Assembly: GCA_013265495.1 (NCBI GenBank)
Contig: MU058687.1
Location: 1,488,001-1,552,000 of the forward strand
Length of the DNA: 64,000 nt
Origin: Vicugna vicugna
Taxonomy: Eukaryota
Direction: 5' to 3'
Part shown: piece by piece, positions 61,831 to 64,000 of the stretch
How positions within the stretch are numbered: position 1 is the first letter of the stretch
How the letters are laid out: the number at the start of each line of letters is the position of its first letter
The notes under the pieces: generated by a model
The model's input: the letters and a program-made list of their open reading frames with translations, nothing else
Databases searched by the model: none
Told to the model about the DNA's origin: nothing
Made by a program: the position numbers and the translations under genes

Positions 61831-64000
61831 TATGTCTTAAACAGACTTGAGGTCTTGATTTAAATTTCAATTCCTCCAGTAAAAATTCCTGGCCCCTCGG
61901 GTCTGGATTGGGTGCCCCTCCTCAGTACTTCTTCCCTTGTGGAATTCGGTGCATGGAATTATAATTGTTTAATCATCTGTTCCCTTTATTATTCTGTGGG
62001 CTGCTTTAAAGCAGGGGCTATGCCAATCCCAGTCACTGCTGAATTCCCAGCTTTTACATGGAACCTGGTACATAGTAGGTGCTCAATAATTTCTGAAAAG
62101 TTGACATCTGCTGCAAATGGCTGAGAGGGCAGAGGAAGTGGTTGGGAGTGGTCTCTTGGGATGCCCTACTCCCTGCACCCCACCCCAGCGTCACTGAGTT
62201 TCAGAACCATGGACGGCTCATCCGAGAATGGGGCTGGAAAGCCCTCTGAGGTTGAGGTCAGGGCGTCTGTGCTTTAAGAGTGGAACCGAGACGCGGAGTG
62301 TGGTCACAGGTTGTCTGCGCCTCTGCACCTGCTCCCAGGGAGGACCCCATGCAGACATCTCCTCCTGCAGTCTGTTCCGACAGATGTACTGGACCCAACA
62401 GGGTCTGGCTTTGCATTTAGGAAACAAACCACCGACACAATGATAAAACGATGCAGCACATTTATCTATCTGTTTACGATTTATAGCCTCTCCATTTCCC
62501 AAAAAACTTTGCAGTAGCTTACAAAATGAACACGATAAGAGAAAGCAACATGAATAGCTGGGAAAAAGCAGTCCTGGTGATATTAGATCATTGATATTAG
62601 ATCATTAGATCATTAGGTAGCTTGAGACGTAGTAAGTGTTTTTTCCTTACAATCCAAGTCTCTATTTTGGGACAGTATTTAGCGTTTTTTAAAATACTGA
62701 TCTCTTTTTGTTTACCGCCCCCCCCCCACTGCCCCTGGGTGTCTGCTATTTGTAAGTCTTTCCCTGTAGCTGAGATTGGGGTTGGGAAGGAGACTGTGAG
62801 CAGCTCATAGCCTCTCTTTTTGGGATTCCAAGCCCCTCTTCAGCTCCAACCTCTTAAGCTCATTCTTGCTCCTGTTCCCTGGCTATAAATCCCCTTTCAC
62901 AGCCTGGTGTTAAGATGAAGGTAGTATCTATGGACAAAAAGACAGTCCCAGTATGCTGTAACTGCCCTCATATGAGATGAGAAACCCAATTTAACAAGAC
63001 AGAAGGGGATGGTTGGGCATGGGGCAAGAATGCCAGCCTGGGGTCTGCTGGCTGGTAGCCTTGGCAAGTCACTTCGTGCTTCTGAGCTGGCATCACCTCA
63101 TCTACCAAATGGAATAATTGGGCCCAAACACCCTGGGTGGGTGTAAGAGTTCAATGACACAAAATATCCTCAGAAGGGTGACGTGTTTTGCAAACATGTC
63201 AAACTTAATCAAACTTAATAACATGCAAAGCTTAATAAGGGCACGTGTATCAGGCTACTGCTCTCAGTGCCAGCTGTGGGATGAGGGACACTAAGCCTGG
63301 GTGGGAGCGGGAAGGGGGCTGGGACTGTGCGGTCACTTGGCTCGGGGCTTTTCCTGGAGAGGAGGCCAGGGTACGTCTCATGGTGCCTCAGGGGAAGTTG
63401 AGTTAGCTCCCCCACTGACTTGTCCCTTCATTAAGGCCTGTAGATCACAGGGACCCTTCAGGATGCCTCTGGGATTGGGGGACTGAGCGTTTGACTCTGA
63501 GCCCAGGCTCCTGGGGGCAGGGAAAGTAGGAGGCAGCTTGGAGCCTGGCCTGAACAAGCCTGGACCAGTGAATCTGAAGGAGAAGAGGGGGTCTGTAGGC
63601 CAAGAAGCACTGGGATCTCAGCAAGATTTATATTCCAGAAGCTTCTCTGGCCCACACAGGCCAGTTCCATGCTGATTCATAAAAGGGAGGAAAAAAAAAC
63701 CCCTAGGTTCCAAAGGAGCAAATTTGCAGTAAGTTTTAAAAAGAACCAAAGCCAATCTGAGCTGGAGAAGGGGTTTCCCCCAAACTGTCCCTCCACACAT
63801 CCAGCAATTGACAAAGATGCTGAGAAAGTGCTGGGAGGTGGGCCCAGAGGGAAGGTGGGGAAGGGAAGGGGCAGCTGGGATGGGATGGGGCATTTATCAC
63901 CAGGCCGGCAGTCCATGACCCTTCCCCACAGGCTTCCTGGCTCTGTCGTCCCCTGGTGTTTGCAATCAACTTCTCCATCCTGTAGTACAGTGTGCCACAG

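Noticed and set aside
62578..62618. Tandem (gat)attagatcatt repeats
   Set aside because: A simple local slippage duplication with no sign of function.
63848..63890. G-run cluster that could form a G-quadruplex
   Set aside because: Such motifs are common in GC-rich mammalian DNA and it has no associated feature in this window.
1..64000. About ten AP-1 heptamers (TGAGTCA/TGACTCA, e.g. 4500, 16789, 22637, 27138, 28675, 28819, 40606, 48707, 51305, 59130) as an autoregulatory array
   Set aside because: About 8 are expected by chance in 64 kb counting both strands, so there is no clear enrichment. Only sites with extended context were kept.
1..64000. The remaining 60-190 aa ORFs in the track as genes; any prokaryote-type system (CRISPR, operon, defence locus)
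   Set aside because: No recognisable homology or splice-consistent structure, and many start at GTG/TTG or lie in repeats. The DNA is mammalian and has no repeat-spacer array.

Overview
Mammalian genomic DNA, not prokaryotic. The window holds one complete protein-coding gene on the + strand, JDP2 (Jun dimerization protein 2, AP-1/ATF bZIP repressor). Its three coding exons (17068-17268, 37226-37330, 44194-44379) join through GT-AG, phase-0 introns into a 492-nt, 163-aa CDS. A CpG-island promoter (~7190-8330) contains a 93-N assembly gap, a TATA box, CRE-like, C/EBP-ATF and D-box motifs, and several candidate first-exon splice sites. The rest is intron and intergenic DNA rich in L1, L2, MIR, MLT1, MER, two solo ERV LTRs and a decayed ERV-L (LTR16-type) provirus. 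The young L1 3' ends, and the absence of recognisable Alu, B1, Bov-A2 or PRE-1 SINEs, suggest a cetartiodactyl, probably a camelid (inference). Nearly all other ORFs in the track are noise. I found no novel multi-gene system. The best leads are hypotheses about JDP2 regulation: an upstream exon giving either an N-terminally extended isoform or a uORF whose stop overlaps the JDP2 ATGATG; a 33-nt microexon; a possible zipper-less terminal exon in intron 3; a Kozak-perfect ORF 2 nt after the stop; and an intact solo LTR with TSD just downstream. Repeat family names are from memory of consensus sequences and their boundaries are approximate.
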